From the NCBI GenBank assembly GCA_024679065.1, contig JAGIQG010000021.1, forward strand, positions 41,106,001-41,170,000: a DNA stretch of 64,000 bases, written 5' to 3'. The notes beneath the pieces were generated by a model. The model worked only from the letters and a program-made list of their open reading frames with translations. It made no database searches and was not told the origin of the DNA. This DNA is from Sphyrna mokarran. Taxonomy: Eukaryota. How positions within the stretch are numbered: position 1 is the stretch's first letter; every line of letters starts with the position of its first letter. This document shows positions 24,433 through 37,720 of the stretch, piece after piece. Position numbers and translations under genes: made by a program.

Positions 24433-26268
24433 GGACACGAGAAGATGTTGGCTGATAGGATTAAGGAGAATCCTAAAGCTTTCTTTCGATATGTTAAGAA
24501 TAGAAGATTGGTTAGGGCAAGATTAGGGCCAGTCATAGACAGCAGTGGGAAGTTGTGCGTGGAGCCTGAAGAGATTGGTGAGGCACTGAATAAATATTTC
24601 TCTTCGGTATTCACGCAGAGTGCTGGAAATGTAGCTGTGGAGAGCACTGAGGTACAGGGTTGCAAATTGGGAAGTATTGTAGTAGATAGGGAGGATGTGT
24701 TAGAAATTCTCGAGGGTTTGAAGTTGGATAAGTCCCCTGGGCCGGACGGGATTTACCCTAGGATTCTCTGGGAGGCAAGAGAGGAGATTGCAGAGCCTCT
24801 GGCTCTGATCTTCAGGTCCTCGTTGGTTACGGGTGTGGTTCCGGAGGACTGGAGGATAGCGAATGTGGTCCCATTGTTTAAGAAGGGGAAGAGAGACCTT
24901 CCAGGGAATTATAGGCCAGTGAGTCTTACTTCTGTTGTGGGCAAGGTATTGGAGAGAATTATTAGGGATAGGATTTATAGTTATTTAGAGAGAAATGAAT
25001 TGATTGGGGATAGTCAGCATGGTTTCGTGAAGGGTAGGTCATGCCTTACTAACCTCATTGAGTTTTTTGAGAAAGTGACCAGAGAGGTGGATGGGGGTAA
25101 GGCGGTTGATGTAGTATATATGGACTTTAGTAAGGCGTTTGATAAGGTGGCCCATGGAAGACTTCTACAGAAAATGCAGATGTGTGGAATAGAGGGTGAT
25201 TTAGCTAATTGGATTAGGAATTGGCTGGCAGATAGAAGACAGAGGGTGGTGGTTGATGGGAGATATTCATCGTGGAGTTCGGTGACGAGTGGTGTGCCTC
25301 AGGGGTCTGTTTTGGGGCCCCTGCTGTTTGTAATTTTTATAAATGATCTGGATGAGGGTATTGAGGGATGGATCAGTAAATTTGCAGATGATACTAAAGT
25401 TGGTGGTGTGGTAGATAGTGAAGAGGGGTGTTTTAGTTTACAGAGTGACTTGGACAAGTTGCAGAGCTGGGCCGAGAGGTGGCAAATGGAGTTTAATGTG
25501 GAAAAGTGTGAGGTAATGCACTTTGGCAGGAACAATAAATGTGTAGAGTATAGGGCTAATGGTAGGGCTCTTAATAGTGTTGAGGAACAGAAGGATCTTG
25601 GTGTATGTGTCAATAGATCCCTGAAAGTAGGCAGTCAAGTGGATAAAGTTGTTAAGAAGGCATATGGAGTCTTAGCTTTTATTGGTAGGGGGATTGAATT
25701 TAGGAGCCGCAGCATCATGTTGCAACTGTACAAAACTCTAGTGCGGCCGCACTTGGAGTATTGTGTGCAGTTCTGGTCCCCACATTATAAGAAAGATGTG
25801 GAGGCATTGGAGAGGGTACAGAGGAGGTTTACCAGGATGTTGCCTGGTATGGAGGGCAGGTCCTATGAAGAGAGGTTGAAGGATTTGAGGTTGTTTTCGT
25901 TAGAAAGGAGGCGGCTAAGAGGGGATCTTATTGAAGCATATAAGATGATTAGAGGTTTAGATAGGGTGGACAGTGATAGCCTTTTTCCTAGGATGGAGAA
26001 AGCTAGCACGAGGGGACACAGCTTTAAATTAAGGGTATGAGTTATAGGACGGATATCAGAGGTAGGTTCTTTACTCAGGAGTGATTAGGGAGTGGAATGC
26101 CCTGCCTGCGGCAGTTGTAGATGCGCAAGTTTGGTGGCGTTTAAGAGGTTAGTTGATAAGTATATGGAAGAGAAGGGAATGGTTTAGTTTGGAGGGTCAT
26201 TGCTTTTTATTTTGGTCGGCACAACATCGAAGGCCGAAGGGCCTGTTCTGTGCTGTATTGTTCTATGT
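24433..26268 (+). mobile_element. Young 5'-truncated CR1 LINE with uninterrupted RT frame
   Basis: Open frame 24433-26040 with all RT motifs (QGSVLGP, FADD). TSD aaga(t)8-9 at 24420-24432 and 26269-26280. Nested in an older CR1 tail (about 24135-26470). Confidence 0.95.
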
Positions 26269-26859
26269 AAGATTTTTTTTAAGGGTTAGTTTGTGGTTTT
26301 CTGTTTGCGGAAAACATTAAATTTATTCATATTATAGAATTTTTGATACAGGTTTCAAGGGTTATCATGTGGGCGGGTGGCGGGGCATAGACAACGAAGT
26401 AGATCAGCCATGATTTATTGAATGGTGGAGCGGGCCTGACAGGCTGAATGATCTCCTCGTGTTCCTATATAAATATGTTGCTGTTGCCGTGTAGCTTAAC
26501 CATTGGGGAAGAGCTTGGTCCCTTCGTTCTCCTACTTTGAGATGGAGAGGTCAGATACCACAGGTGAGAAGACTGATACAAAAATGGTCTATAAAATGAA
26601 ATGCATCAATCCACAGGGCACTTTTACACATGGATAGTCTCTTCATCCCTTACCTTTCTTTATTTCACTGTGCTTCCTTTGAATCTAGCTCTGCTTTGTA
26701 TTAAAGAGTAGACTGCAAGAGAAAGCTCTGATCTTGCCCCTTTTACTCTTCTCAAAGCTTGCAGTGTCAAGATGTTACACTCCTGATAGCCAGTTGATGA
26801 GGACAAAGCAAGAGCCATTCTTGGAATAGATTTATTAATAGCATTATGGGTGTATATCT

Positions 26860-27360
26860 CCTGACTCCACTCTCCATCTTGTCAGTAGATGCCTGTTTAG
26901 AAGTGCTCAAGAAACCATCCAATTAATACTCTCCACCTCAGATTGATTTTGGTCAGGGCCACCTGACTTGAATGCCTCAGACCTAGACTTAAAGCAATGA
27001 ATATCCCTGTTCGTCCATGGTTTCCGGTTGGGATTTGCTTTCTCGGCACACAGTCTTCTATACACTTTTATTATGGAGTCAGTTATTGTAGTTACATACT
27101 TGTTCAGGTTGGTTACTAAGTTTTTAAATACTGACCAGTCCACTGACTTGAAGCAGTCCTGTAGGGAATCATCTGATTTTTCAGATCAATATTGTACAAC
27201 TTTCTTTAATGGATTCTCCCGTTTCAGATTTTGCTTGAAAGCTGGGAGTAGGAGCACAGCTAGGTGGGAGGTATTTTTAATATTTGTGTAGCAGTTGTCT
27301 AGAATGTTTGGGCCTCTGTTGGAACAGTAGATGAGTTGGCAGTATCTTGGTAGGAAATAG
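26860..27360 (-). mobile_element. Rex1/Babar-like LINE internal fragment
   Basis: ORF DWSVFKN...PNRKPWTNRDIH typical of the region between APE and RT. Confidence 0.65.
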
Positions 27361-29361
27361 AACACAGTAGGCTAACACGGAATTCCATATGTCTTGGTGC
27401 AGTGTATCTTAAATAAGTGAACTTTAATGTGCACTAGAATGGAAGAAACATGAATTGGTATAAAGCTGCGATTGAATTGTGTTACTGTTTGATGAGTCTT
27501 TGCATATATTGACGATGTTGGGCAGGTTCTAATGTCTATAACTGTGATTTTAATGTGATAACTGGTTTGCTTTCATTAAAAGTACATTTTAAAAGATAAA
27601 AATGTACAGTTATTAATTCTGTATTGTATTTTCTTGTAAAATGCAAAGAACAACTCTTCCAATACAAATAAATCTGTCTGCAAATTATTGTTCAACTTGC
27701 ACGTGTCGTTCAAGAGAAATCTTATCAACTTGCATTTAAATTTAATATCTTGTCCAGAAACTACTACATGTTCTAGAACTAGATGATGCGATTAGATGTT
27801 GATCTGTGGAAGCAAGATTTGAACTAATTTCTGGTGATATGAAAGCCTCTTCTGGTGCTAGGCTGAGTCTGTAATCATGCACATTTAATGTCCCAACTTA
27901 GTACCTGTAACATTAAAACCTCTACTTATTCCAAAGTAATGATCAACGAAGCAATCCTCAGTCTCTGAAATGAAAGATGTTCTGTTTCACAACTATTATG
28001 TAGCAAGAAAGTCAGTAACATATAGAATAGTCCTGTGCTTTCCTAGCTGGCTTCCCTTCTTCCACCCTCTTAAACTCATCCAAATCTTGGTTGCTAGTGT
28101 CTTAATTTGCAGCTGTCCTGTTTACTCCAGCATTCCTCTGCTGACTGACTTGCGTTGGCTCCTGGTCCACCAGTGGTTAAAATTTTAATATTTTCAACTT
28201 TTGTATTCAAATCTTTTCCTGACTTTCCTATCTTTGAAAAGACTTTCCCTTCTTTGCAACCTCTTCTAGCCCTCCAATCATTTTATAACCTTTTCCAACT
28301 GTGGCTCCTTGTGCATATCCCACTTCCTTCACACCACCATTAATGGCAGCCATGGGCCTTAAGTGCTCCAACTTGCCTCCAAAACCTGTTTTTTTTCATG
28401 ACTTTACCTCAAAGCTACCTCTGATTTGTTACTTTTCCTAATGCCTCTTCCATTAGCTATTTTGTCACAAAGGTGCAATATTATTCCTAATTTTTATCTC
28501 TTAGATTTGCTTTTCAATAAAGTTCTTTGCAGAATAAATGAGATTCAGGATCACTGATTTGCAGCCATCAAATGCATTATTATTTATTGTATTGTGTTGT
28601 GCAGAGCATACAAGAAGATTTGAATGCAGGCCCAAAGAAGTGAAAGCTTTGTTTCTAATCTGCTATTTAGATGATTCCTTCAATTTTGTAGTTTGTAATA
28701 AATGGCGTGGAATCTGTCACTTGACCTACTTATCACTGTGATCACTGTGAACAATTATAATACAGCATTATAATTCTGCCCTGATGATGAAGGTTGCTTT
28801 CATCACTCATTTTATGTTAGTTTTGTGAAGTTATAGATTTACAGTGTCATTTAATAATTTTTTGTTAAAGTACAAGTATTAATTTCAAGTCCATAAGAGT
28901 TGGAATGTTTTATTTGTTGAGTCATAATGCTTCAACACACTTCAAAGGATTTGCTGTCGCTATTAATTTTTATTGAGGGAAAGCTTAGGTATTGCATCTT
29001 GGGGAAGGATTGAATATTCAAGTTACTGAGTGAAGATGACCAACTTATTTGTGTCAAAAGTAATCGAACTGTGTTTAACGGTAATTCAACCCAAATGTTT
29101 TGTGAATTTTTCCATTTGTATAACCATCTTTTTAAATACTGGTAAAAATTCATTTTAAGTTTAATTTGAAAAATATGCACTTCGACCCTGTCATTATGCA
29201 TTGTAGCTTTCAAAGAAGTCAGTGTTCGTTTTTCAGTAGATTAACCAAGAGTGTTGGGTAAGAAGCCTACTGATCAGTCTTTAACAAGTACAGTGGTAGC
29301 TGTGGAAATTTATTGTGTTGCAATTATTTCTAAAAAAAAATTTTTGTTTTCTCTGCTTTAG

Positions 29362-29394
29362 GCGTTCAGCTAAGCGTCTGTGGAAACGAGCAAA
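29362..29394 (+). CDS. MAP2K4: MAP2K4 33-nt alternative (cassette) exon, (G)VQLSVCGNEQ(I)
   Basis: Acceptor tttttgttttctctgctttag, donor gtaagc. Exactly 33 nt, phase 1-1, in frame with the exon at 41148. Resembles the 11-aa insertion of the long human MAP2K4 isoform (recalled as GFQINFCEKAQS; Q, C, Q positions match). Confidence 0.8.
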
Positions 29395-30559
29395 GTAAGC
29401 TCCAATTTCATGGTACTATATTCTGAAACTTGCTTCTGACTCATAACTGGGTAGTGGGTATCTATACTGCCATTCCAACTAACAGCCTGTGGATCTTTGG
29501 TCTCGCAAATACTACTTCTTTTCTGGGATGCGAATATTTTAGCACTCTTCTGCAGTGTGCTGGCATAGAGATTGTTAGAACTTCAATACAAAGTACAAGT
29601 TCTGTCAGTGTCTTCTTGACATTGCATTTATTTGAAATTGTGTACCAGTAACCATCAGAACTTTTGTTGGATTTCTTGGCAGATGGAGATTATTAGCATT
29701 TACGACTTTATTTCTGAAATGCTGTGTAATTTTCAGTGTTTATCAGGGCTGAAACAAAGGAATGATTTTTTTGTAACAGTAGAACTGTAGAATTATTCCA
29801 CACAAGATCTGTTGTTGAAAGATTTCTCTGGTTTTCAAGCTTGATCATTCCACTATAGAATTATCAATGTTCTGACAATTCATTTATTTCACTTTGGCAT
29901 TATCACTAATAATTGATTGGAATGTAAAACACACAACTGATACTTTTAATGAACCTGTACAGTCAGACCTGTTGTACAGATGGTGTTGGTGGTTTTGCTA
30001 AATTCTTACTCAGTCAGACCTGTAACAGGAGTTTTCCAGGAAATGGGAAGGGCAGAAATTAATGCTGTGATTACAACTTTTAACAAATAGACTAAGGATT
30101 TATTCCAAATTAACTTTGAGATATTTAACCTCAACATAATTACCTGGCTTAAAAGATCACGAAATTTAGGATGTGGCTGCAATGACAATATGCCTAAATC
30201 TTTCACAAACTGGCCATGCACCTCTTACTAAAATTTTTCCACATTTTTTTTAAAAGGATGTTTGAGAGGCTAGAGAGAAGTAGGATTGGTGGTGCGGTAC
30301 TGATCTTGTAACATTGTGACCAAATGTTTCTCTGAATTTTTTTAAACTTCTCATTGAGACTTGGACAGCATTCTGTTCATTTTAATTATGATTGTTATAT
30401 ATAATAGTCACAAAAAATTGAAAATCTTCTCAATAGGATGGCTAAATGAGCTGAATGTTAGGGGAAGTTGCTTAGGTTAGCTTTTGTTGGAGGTGGTCAT
30501 TTGTTATGCATTTGTATAGTATGAAAGTTAGTTGCCACTTGTGTCTTGATGCATGAAGC

Positions 30560-32630
30560 AGTCAGAACAAAGTAGATGAAGTGACGGTGCAAATCGAATT
30601 AAATGGATATAATCACGTTGCCATTATGGAGTTGTGGTTAAAAGGAGATCAAAACTGGGAACTTAATATCCAGGAATATTTGACCTTCTGGAAAGACAGG
30701 AAGGGGAAGGTGGTAGGGTAGCACATTTAATAAGCTATTAAATGAGGCCAGTTGTGAGAGACAATCTAGGTGTGGATGACGTAGAGGTTTTAAAAAAAAA
30801 AGCAAGGGTAAGAAGACATTTGTAAGAGTAGTGTATAGACTCCCAAACAGTAGCTACACTGTAGAAAATGATATATAAATCAGCAAATAATTGGAGTGTG
30901 TAAAAAGAATAGAGCGATAATTATGGGTGACTTTAATCTTCATGTTGATTGGATTAATCAAGTTGGAAAGGGTAGCTAGTGCATTAGGAATAGTTTCACA
31001 GAGCAAACACATCATGGAGCTGACCAAGGTTCAGGCTGTGGCAGATCTGGTAATGAGTGAAGAGGCAGATTTAATAAATGGCCTCGAGTAAAAAATCCGC
31101 TAGGCAGTAGTAATCGTAACATGATAGAATTTAATATTCATTTTCAGCGTGAGGAATTTGGGTCTGAAACAAGTGAGTTTAACTTAACTAAAGGGAATTT
31201 CAATGAAGTGAGGATAGTGTTAGTTAAAATGGACTGGATGGATAGATTAGAAGGAAAGACAGTAAACAAGCAATTGAAGGCATTTGAGGAGGTAATTCAT
31301 GATTCTCAGCAAAAGTATGTTTAGTAAGGAAGAAAGATCCTAAGACAGGGATAAACCAACCTTGGCTAACCAAGGAAGTTAAGGAGAGTACTAAGTTGAA
31401 AGAAGAAGTGCTTATGGAGGCATAAGCCAGTGATAATCCCGAAGACTGGAATAAATTCAGAATCCAGCAAAGAAGAACTAAAAAGATAATAGAAAACGAA
31501 CTATGAAGGCAAACTGGCGACGCATATTAAAAACTGACAACAAGAGCCAAATATATCAAGGGAAGAAGAGGTTAAAGTAAACATAAGCCTCTTGGAAATG
31601 CATCTGTGGAGATAGTTATGGGGAACAAGGAGATGGCAGAAGAGTTAGAGATATCTTGCATCAATCTTTGTGGTGGAAGATACTTCGTACATCCCTGTTA
31701 GTATGGGGGAGGAATTAAGTGCCATCACTGAAGCGATAGTATTAGATAGACTAATGGTATAAAGGCAGTTAAATCCCTTGACCCTGAAGGCTTGCACCCG
31801 AGGATCCTTAAAAAAAAAAGTAGCTACAGAGACGGTGGATGTAATTTTCCCAAAATCCTTTGGTTCTGGAGAGATGCAAGAGGATTGGAAAATGTGGCAA
31901 CCCTATTCAACAAGGGAGGGAGGCAAAAAGGAGGTAACTGTAGCCAATTAGTCTAACACCTATTGTTGGAAAACTGTTAGAATCAGTTATTAAGGAAGTA
32001 ATAGCACATTTGGAAAATCCTAATCTAATCAAACAGTTAAGGAAAATCATGTCTGATCAATTTATTAGAGTTTTTGAGAGTCTCAACCAGAGTGGATAGA
32101 TGAGAACCGGTAGATGGGTTGTATATGAGAAGGTATTCAACAAGATACTTCACAAAAGGTTAAGCCATTAAATAAGAGCCCATGGTGTTGGAGGTAGCAT
32201 ACTGGCAAGGGTAGAAAATTGGCTAATGGGCAGGAAACAGAGTTGGTATAAGAGCTCTTTTTCAGATCGGTGACATATAACCAGTGGTGTTTCACAGGAA
32301 TCAGTGCTGAGACCGCAACTGTTTACATATTAATGATTTGAAGGAAGGAAGTGAATGTACTGTAGTTACCTTTCCACTATTATTGCGCACTTTAAGTTGC
32401 GAGAGGGATATAAGCAGTTTACAAAAAGATATTGATAGATTAAGTCTGTGGGCAAAAAGTTGACAAATGGAGTATAACGTGTGAAAATGTGAAGTTGTTT
32501 GCTTTGAAAGGGAGAACAAAAGAACAAATATTTAAATGGATAAAAGCTGCAGAAAGCTACAACAAAAAGGAATTTATGTATGAAACGTAAAGCTAGCACA
32601 TAGGTGCAGCAGCAAGTAATCAGTAAATAA
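30560..32630 (+). mobile_element. Degenerate CR1 ORF2 including AP endonuclease region
   Basis: Remnants VVYRLPNS, IIMGDFNL, MIEFNI, PWLTKEV and RT motifs, many stops. Confidence 0.8.
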
Positions 32631-33292
32631 TTGTATAACTCCAACCCAAGTTTTCCAAATTTGCCAGGACTCCTTGATGCCGCACTCAGTCAAGTGCTGC
32701 CTTAGTCATTGTCATCTGCTCTCTTCAAGTTCAGCTCTTTTGTCCATGTTCGGACCAAGGCTGTATTCAAGTTAGGAGCCAAATGGCCTTGATGGAATCT
32801 ATACTAAGCATCAGTGAGCAAGTCCTTGCTGTGTAAGGGCCATCTAATAGCACTGTCACCGACACCTTACAAAATTTTTCTATCCCATTTAACACGGTGA
32901 TAGTGCTATACAATGCGATGGAGGATATGCTCAGCCTGAGGATGAGGTTTTCTCGCTGCTACAACTATGAAGTCGTCATTCCGACCTACGCTTGTTGTGG
33001 AGAGATGCATCTGTGGCAGGTTGATTCATGAGGACAAGGTGTAGTGGCTTTTTCCTCTTGTTAGTTTCTTCATGTGCCCAGTCTGGCAGATGTGTCTTTC
33101 TGAACTTCACCTAATGGATGCCCAGTCTTGAGTTGCTAGATCTGGGCAAAATCTATCCCGTTTAGCACCAGATAGTGGTTTTCTTGTTCATGTTGGAGGT
33201 CATTAGGACATTAGGACGGCGGCATGGGCTCGTTGGGCTGAAGGGCCTGTTTCCTGTGCTGTGTTGCTCTTTGTTCTTTGTTGGGACTCTGA

Positions 33293-33572
33293 CATAGAAC
33301 CCCTACAGTGCAGATGGAGGCCATTTAGTCCATTGAGTCTGCACCAACTCTAATAGCATAGCTTATCCGAACCCCCTCTCCCTATTCCTGTAACCCCAAA
33401 CGTTTCCCAGGGCAACGATCTAACTTTCACACCTTAGGACGCTAACAGGCAATTTAGCATGAGTGATCCACCTAACTTGCACATGTTTGGACTGTTGGAG
33501 GAAACCCACACTGACATGTGAGAATGTGCAAACACCATACAATCACCCAAGGCAACTGTGTTAACCACTGTC
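33293..33572 (-). mobile_element. V-SINE (HE1-like) with CR1-type tail
   Basis: Antisense V-domain (ggaaacccacactgacatgtgagaatgtgcaaac) and tail. Confidence 0.8.
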
Positions 33573-34888
33573 ATGAAACTTCATTGGATCCACAGTGAGC
33601 CAGTTGGTGATTTTCTTGCCCATGTTTGGGCTGATTAATGAAACCTCATATGATCCAATGTTGAGAACTCCCAGGGCAACTCTCTTTTGACTTATACCAC
33701 TATGCCTCTGCTGGATCTAACTTGCTGACAGACCAAATATATCCAGGATGATGATGATGGTTTCAGGGGCATTTTTTGCATGCAATATTTCTAAGTATGA
33801 TTGTGTCAGGCTGTTGCTTGACCAATTTGTGGGACAATCAACCAGTTTGGTGCAAGCCACAGTAAGGAAGCTTCTGCAAGATTGATGGGGCAGGGTATGT
33901 GATGGTCATTTCCAATGTCAGTTTCAAGTGGTGGTTGGCTTTGTTTTTTTTCCCCTGGATATTGGCAAAATTGCTGTGGCATTGGCTATGTTTTTTGCAT
34001 CTAATGCCTCATTCCTTTGGAGGAAGCTCCAGACCAGAGTTTTTGCTGATCAAAAAAAACTTGTGCAGTGCCACCCTCCCCAGCTCCCCACACACCAGCG
34101 TTCATCAGCATGGCAATTCTTCTAATGTTAAAGTTGTTTTTAAATTACATCTTAGAAATTTTACATGCATTATTACTAGTGAAAGTATTATGTAATTGAA
34201 CACAACTTTAAATGAAGTCAGCTCACAGTTACAGCATTTATTTCTGGCTCCTTTAGTCTCATTGTTATTTGTGAGATGGCCCAGCAATTTTTTAAAATAT
34301 ATATTAATTTGACTAAGCCACATTAATTGTAACCAGCATATTACTGTTGGCTTGCAAAATAATAGGAAACTGACAGCTGAAATCCTGCCTTTCATATTAT
34401 TGAATAATATCCTATCGACTGAAATAGATTACTTGTTTTCAACCTAAGCTTATGTTTACAAGGAGAGTTGTTTAAAAATTTGAAACATTGTTCATCTACC
34501 GTAGAAGCTTGTTTTCAGAAATGTGGATTCGTTTAGACTTGGAGCATTATTTATATAAATAAAATGATACTAGCTAGCAAAGGTTTTATATTTCTAGCTC
34601 TTTTTTCCCCTGCTTGCCTTTCCTTCCGTAAGTAAAGCTAGGTTTGAAAGAATGTGCTCTGGTAATGATGACTCAGGACTAGCTAAGAGTACGCAAGTGC
34701 TGGCTCCTGTACAGCCTCAACTCTGATAGCAGTTCTTTGTGAATTACTGGCAAATGTGTGAGAGGGGCATCTTTGCAGGATACTGATTGGTGGCTTGCAA
34801 TAAATATTTTTTTCCTGAATGTGTTCTTTTATTGCATTAAATTTGGCCTGCACTGAATTTGCCATTTTGGACAATTTGTGTTATGTCT

Positions 34889-35129
34889 AAGATAAAAGCA
34901 AAATATCATGGATGCTGGAATCTGAAACATAAACAGAAAATGCTGGAAAGTCTCAGCAGGTCTGACAGCATCTCAGGGGAGAGGATAGAGCCAACATTTC
35001 AAGTCTAGATGACCCTTCATCAGAGCTGGCTCTGAGGGGCCCAAGTGAAGGGTCATCTAGACTCAATGTTGGCTCTCTTCTCTCCCCACTGATGCTGTCA
35101 GACCTGCTGAGATTTTTCAACATTTTCTG
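34889..35129. mobile_element. Palindromic Penelope-derived non-autonomous element with minimal hammerhead core
   Basis: Two inverted arms of about 100 bp. Minus strand ctgatga-agggtcatctagactt-gaaa. Direct repeat tttgtgttatgtct at 34875-34888 and 35130-35143. Confidence 0.8.
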
Positions 35130-36296
35130 TTTGTGTTATGTCTGTATAACATGTTGTAACTTCTAAACTGTTAGTTGCTTCAGAGGAAATATTTAATCTG
35201 TAGTAATTTCTCCTTTTGATCTTAACTCAAATTTTCTTTGAGCTGAATGTTATACCTGGCCAATGGATTACAGCGTTTTGCCAAAAAAAATTGGTTAAAC
35301 GTTCAGACCACTGATTAAAATTTAATGTTTTAAAGAAAATTTGCCTGGCTACAATGTATGAATTGTAATGTGGTTCTTAATATCATGAGTTGGACAACGG
35401 TTTGAGTGAATTCTTTCCCTTATAGAACTTGGGTTCTTGTTTACCAATTCTGATCATCATGTTGTCACCAGCACAGTGTCACTGGCCTGTGTTTTTTTTC
35501 CCTGAATGTTATGATTCGAAAGATGGTTGATTGTGAGCCATAAGTGGTTCTTGGTGGTCACACAGCATTTGTGATGTTTGCATTTAACTTTTGTACATCG
35601 TTTACTTAAATCCAATACAAATAATATTTGTAATGATTCAAATGTCTTGAAATTAAACAAGAACTTTTCTAATTTAATGCATGCTGAATTTGACATGTTA
35701 ACTTATTTTGAATGATCTGTTGCAGATAGCTGTCTAATGGTGATTGATTTCTTTCGCACTCAATGTAAGATCATAATTGGGGAATGAGTAGACCATTTAA
35801 CTCCTCAAACCCACTGTACCATGCTGTGCAATCATGACTGATTTGATTGTGACCTTTACTTCATTTACTTGCCTGCCCCAAATAACCCTTGTAGATTAAA
35901 AATCTGGTCTGATTCAGCCTTGGATCACTTCTCACTGAGGTAGAGAATTCCAAAGGTCGACAATTTCTTGAAAGAAATTTCTCTCTGTCATCATCTTAAA
36001 TGAGAGAGACCCTTTTTGCTGAAACTGTGCTTCCTAGTTCTAAATTCTCCCACAAGAGAAAATTGACTTTGAAAGTTTAGGGTGCTTTTAAAGAAGCTTT
36101 CTATGTTGCAGTGTTAGTTTCAACTGGCCTCTGCTACATGATTTTGATTTTAGAAGAAAAATACAAGTCTATAATTTTTTGCAAAAATTGGATTCATGGC
36201 TTTCCTCCTAAGACTTCATACTGTTTGTCATGTTCTTTTAGTAGGCCCACTTGGAAGGGCTTTGAAAATGAGCTGAATTGAGTATTAACATTTTAG

Positions 36297-36810
36297 AGTC
36301 AGAGGTTTACAGCATGGAAACAGACCCTTTGGCCCAACTTGTCCGTGCTGCTTTTTTAAACCCCAAAGCTAATCCCAATTGCCTGCATTTGGCCCCTATC
36401 CCTCTAACTCATCATACCTATGTAACTATCTAAATGCTTCTTAAAAGATAAAATTGTTCATATTCTACTACTACCTCTGGTAACTTGTTCCAGACACTCA
36501 CCATCCTCTGTGTGAAAAAAGTAGCTCTCTGGACACTTTTGTGTGTCTCCTCTCTCAGGTTAAACTTATGTCGTCTAGTTTTAGACTCCCCTACATTTGG
36601 GAAAAGATATTGACTATCTACTTTCTCTATCCCCGTCATCATTTTATAGACCTCTCAGCCTCGTAGCTCCAGAGAGAAAAGTCCCAGTCTATTCAGCCTT
36701 TCCTTAGACCTCAATCCATCAAGTCCTGTTAGCATTCTAATAAATCTTTTCTGCACTCTTTGTAATTTAATAGTGTCCTTTTTATAATAGGGTGACCAGA
36801 ATTGCACAGT
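36297..36810 (-). mobile_element. CR1 3' end
   Basis: ORF 36430-36642 FFTQRMVSVWNKLP and tail. Confidence 0.85.
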
Positions 36811-36849
36811 TTTCTATTAATTGAGAACATTTTACTATATTGTACCTGT

Positions 36850-37720
36850 TTTACGTAATATGTTTCAGAATGTTGAACTGCAAGTTCTATCGCAGTAAAT
36901 TCTACTCATGTTCTGAAGGCTTATTCCAGATTCAGGCTGATGATGCAGATCTCTATGCCACTGTCCCCCACATATCCTTGAGGAGTGCAAGGCAATTAGA
37001 GATCACCTTGGGGGCTACAGTGCAGATCCAGTCAGGGTGTATCACTAACTTGAGACCAACTTCTTTCAATTGAAAGAACCTCAGACAGAATTTTGAAGTC
37101 CATGGGTTGCTAATTTCTGACTCGCTGCCCCCTACTAGCAGCACCACTACCACTTGTAGATGAGCACAGTGATGCCTTTCTGCGTGGGTTTTGACGTGCT
37201 GCCAGGCAGAAGCATATTCTCGTATGCTTCGAGCAGATTTTGGCTGATCCAGTCCCACTGAGTTGCGTGCAACTTCACGGGTAAACCACCGCTTCCGGAA
37301 GTTTTACTCCTCTCGAAGGACTTGATGGCTTTTGTCAGATCATCCAGAGTTGACTGTTTGTCCAGACTTTCCCATGTTTTGTCATCCAAAACCCCTGTGA
37401 TCGAAGACAAGAATGTCTGGGAGGCTGTGCTGTCCTGTGATCTTAACACCATACAGTCCAGCATAAAAAGATGCTGATCCTTCAGAAGTCAGGTTCAATG
37501 AAGCTACTGAGTCTTCCTTCAGGCCTCTGATCACAGCGTGCTCTATGTGTACCTTTTGGAAGAAGAAACAAATACTATCCTCTTACTCCATTGAGCAGAT
37601 TCTTGTCCAGAAGATCATCTTAGAGGCCTCAGCAGCAAAGTGTAAGCCTGTTGACTCTTCACCCTTTGGAGATTGTCCTTTACCTCCACCTCGTTACAGC
37701 TGGAGCATTCTGAATTTTTT
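36850..37720 (-). mobile_element. Tx1/L1-clade LINE RT fragment
   Basis: LDDLTKAIKSFERSKTSGSGGLP...GITVLIYK and LVIHPDWIC remnants. Confidence 0.7.

Noticed and set aside
24340-26040. 566-aa ORF as a host or domesticated gene
   Set aside because: Chance in-frame fusion of an old CR1 C-terminus with a TSD-bounded, 5'-truncated CR1 RT. No endonuclease domain or promoter.
34661-34730. Box C/D snoRNA-like atgatga...ctga
   Set aside because: Short spacing, weak terminal stem and no recognisable rRNA antisense element.
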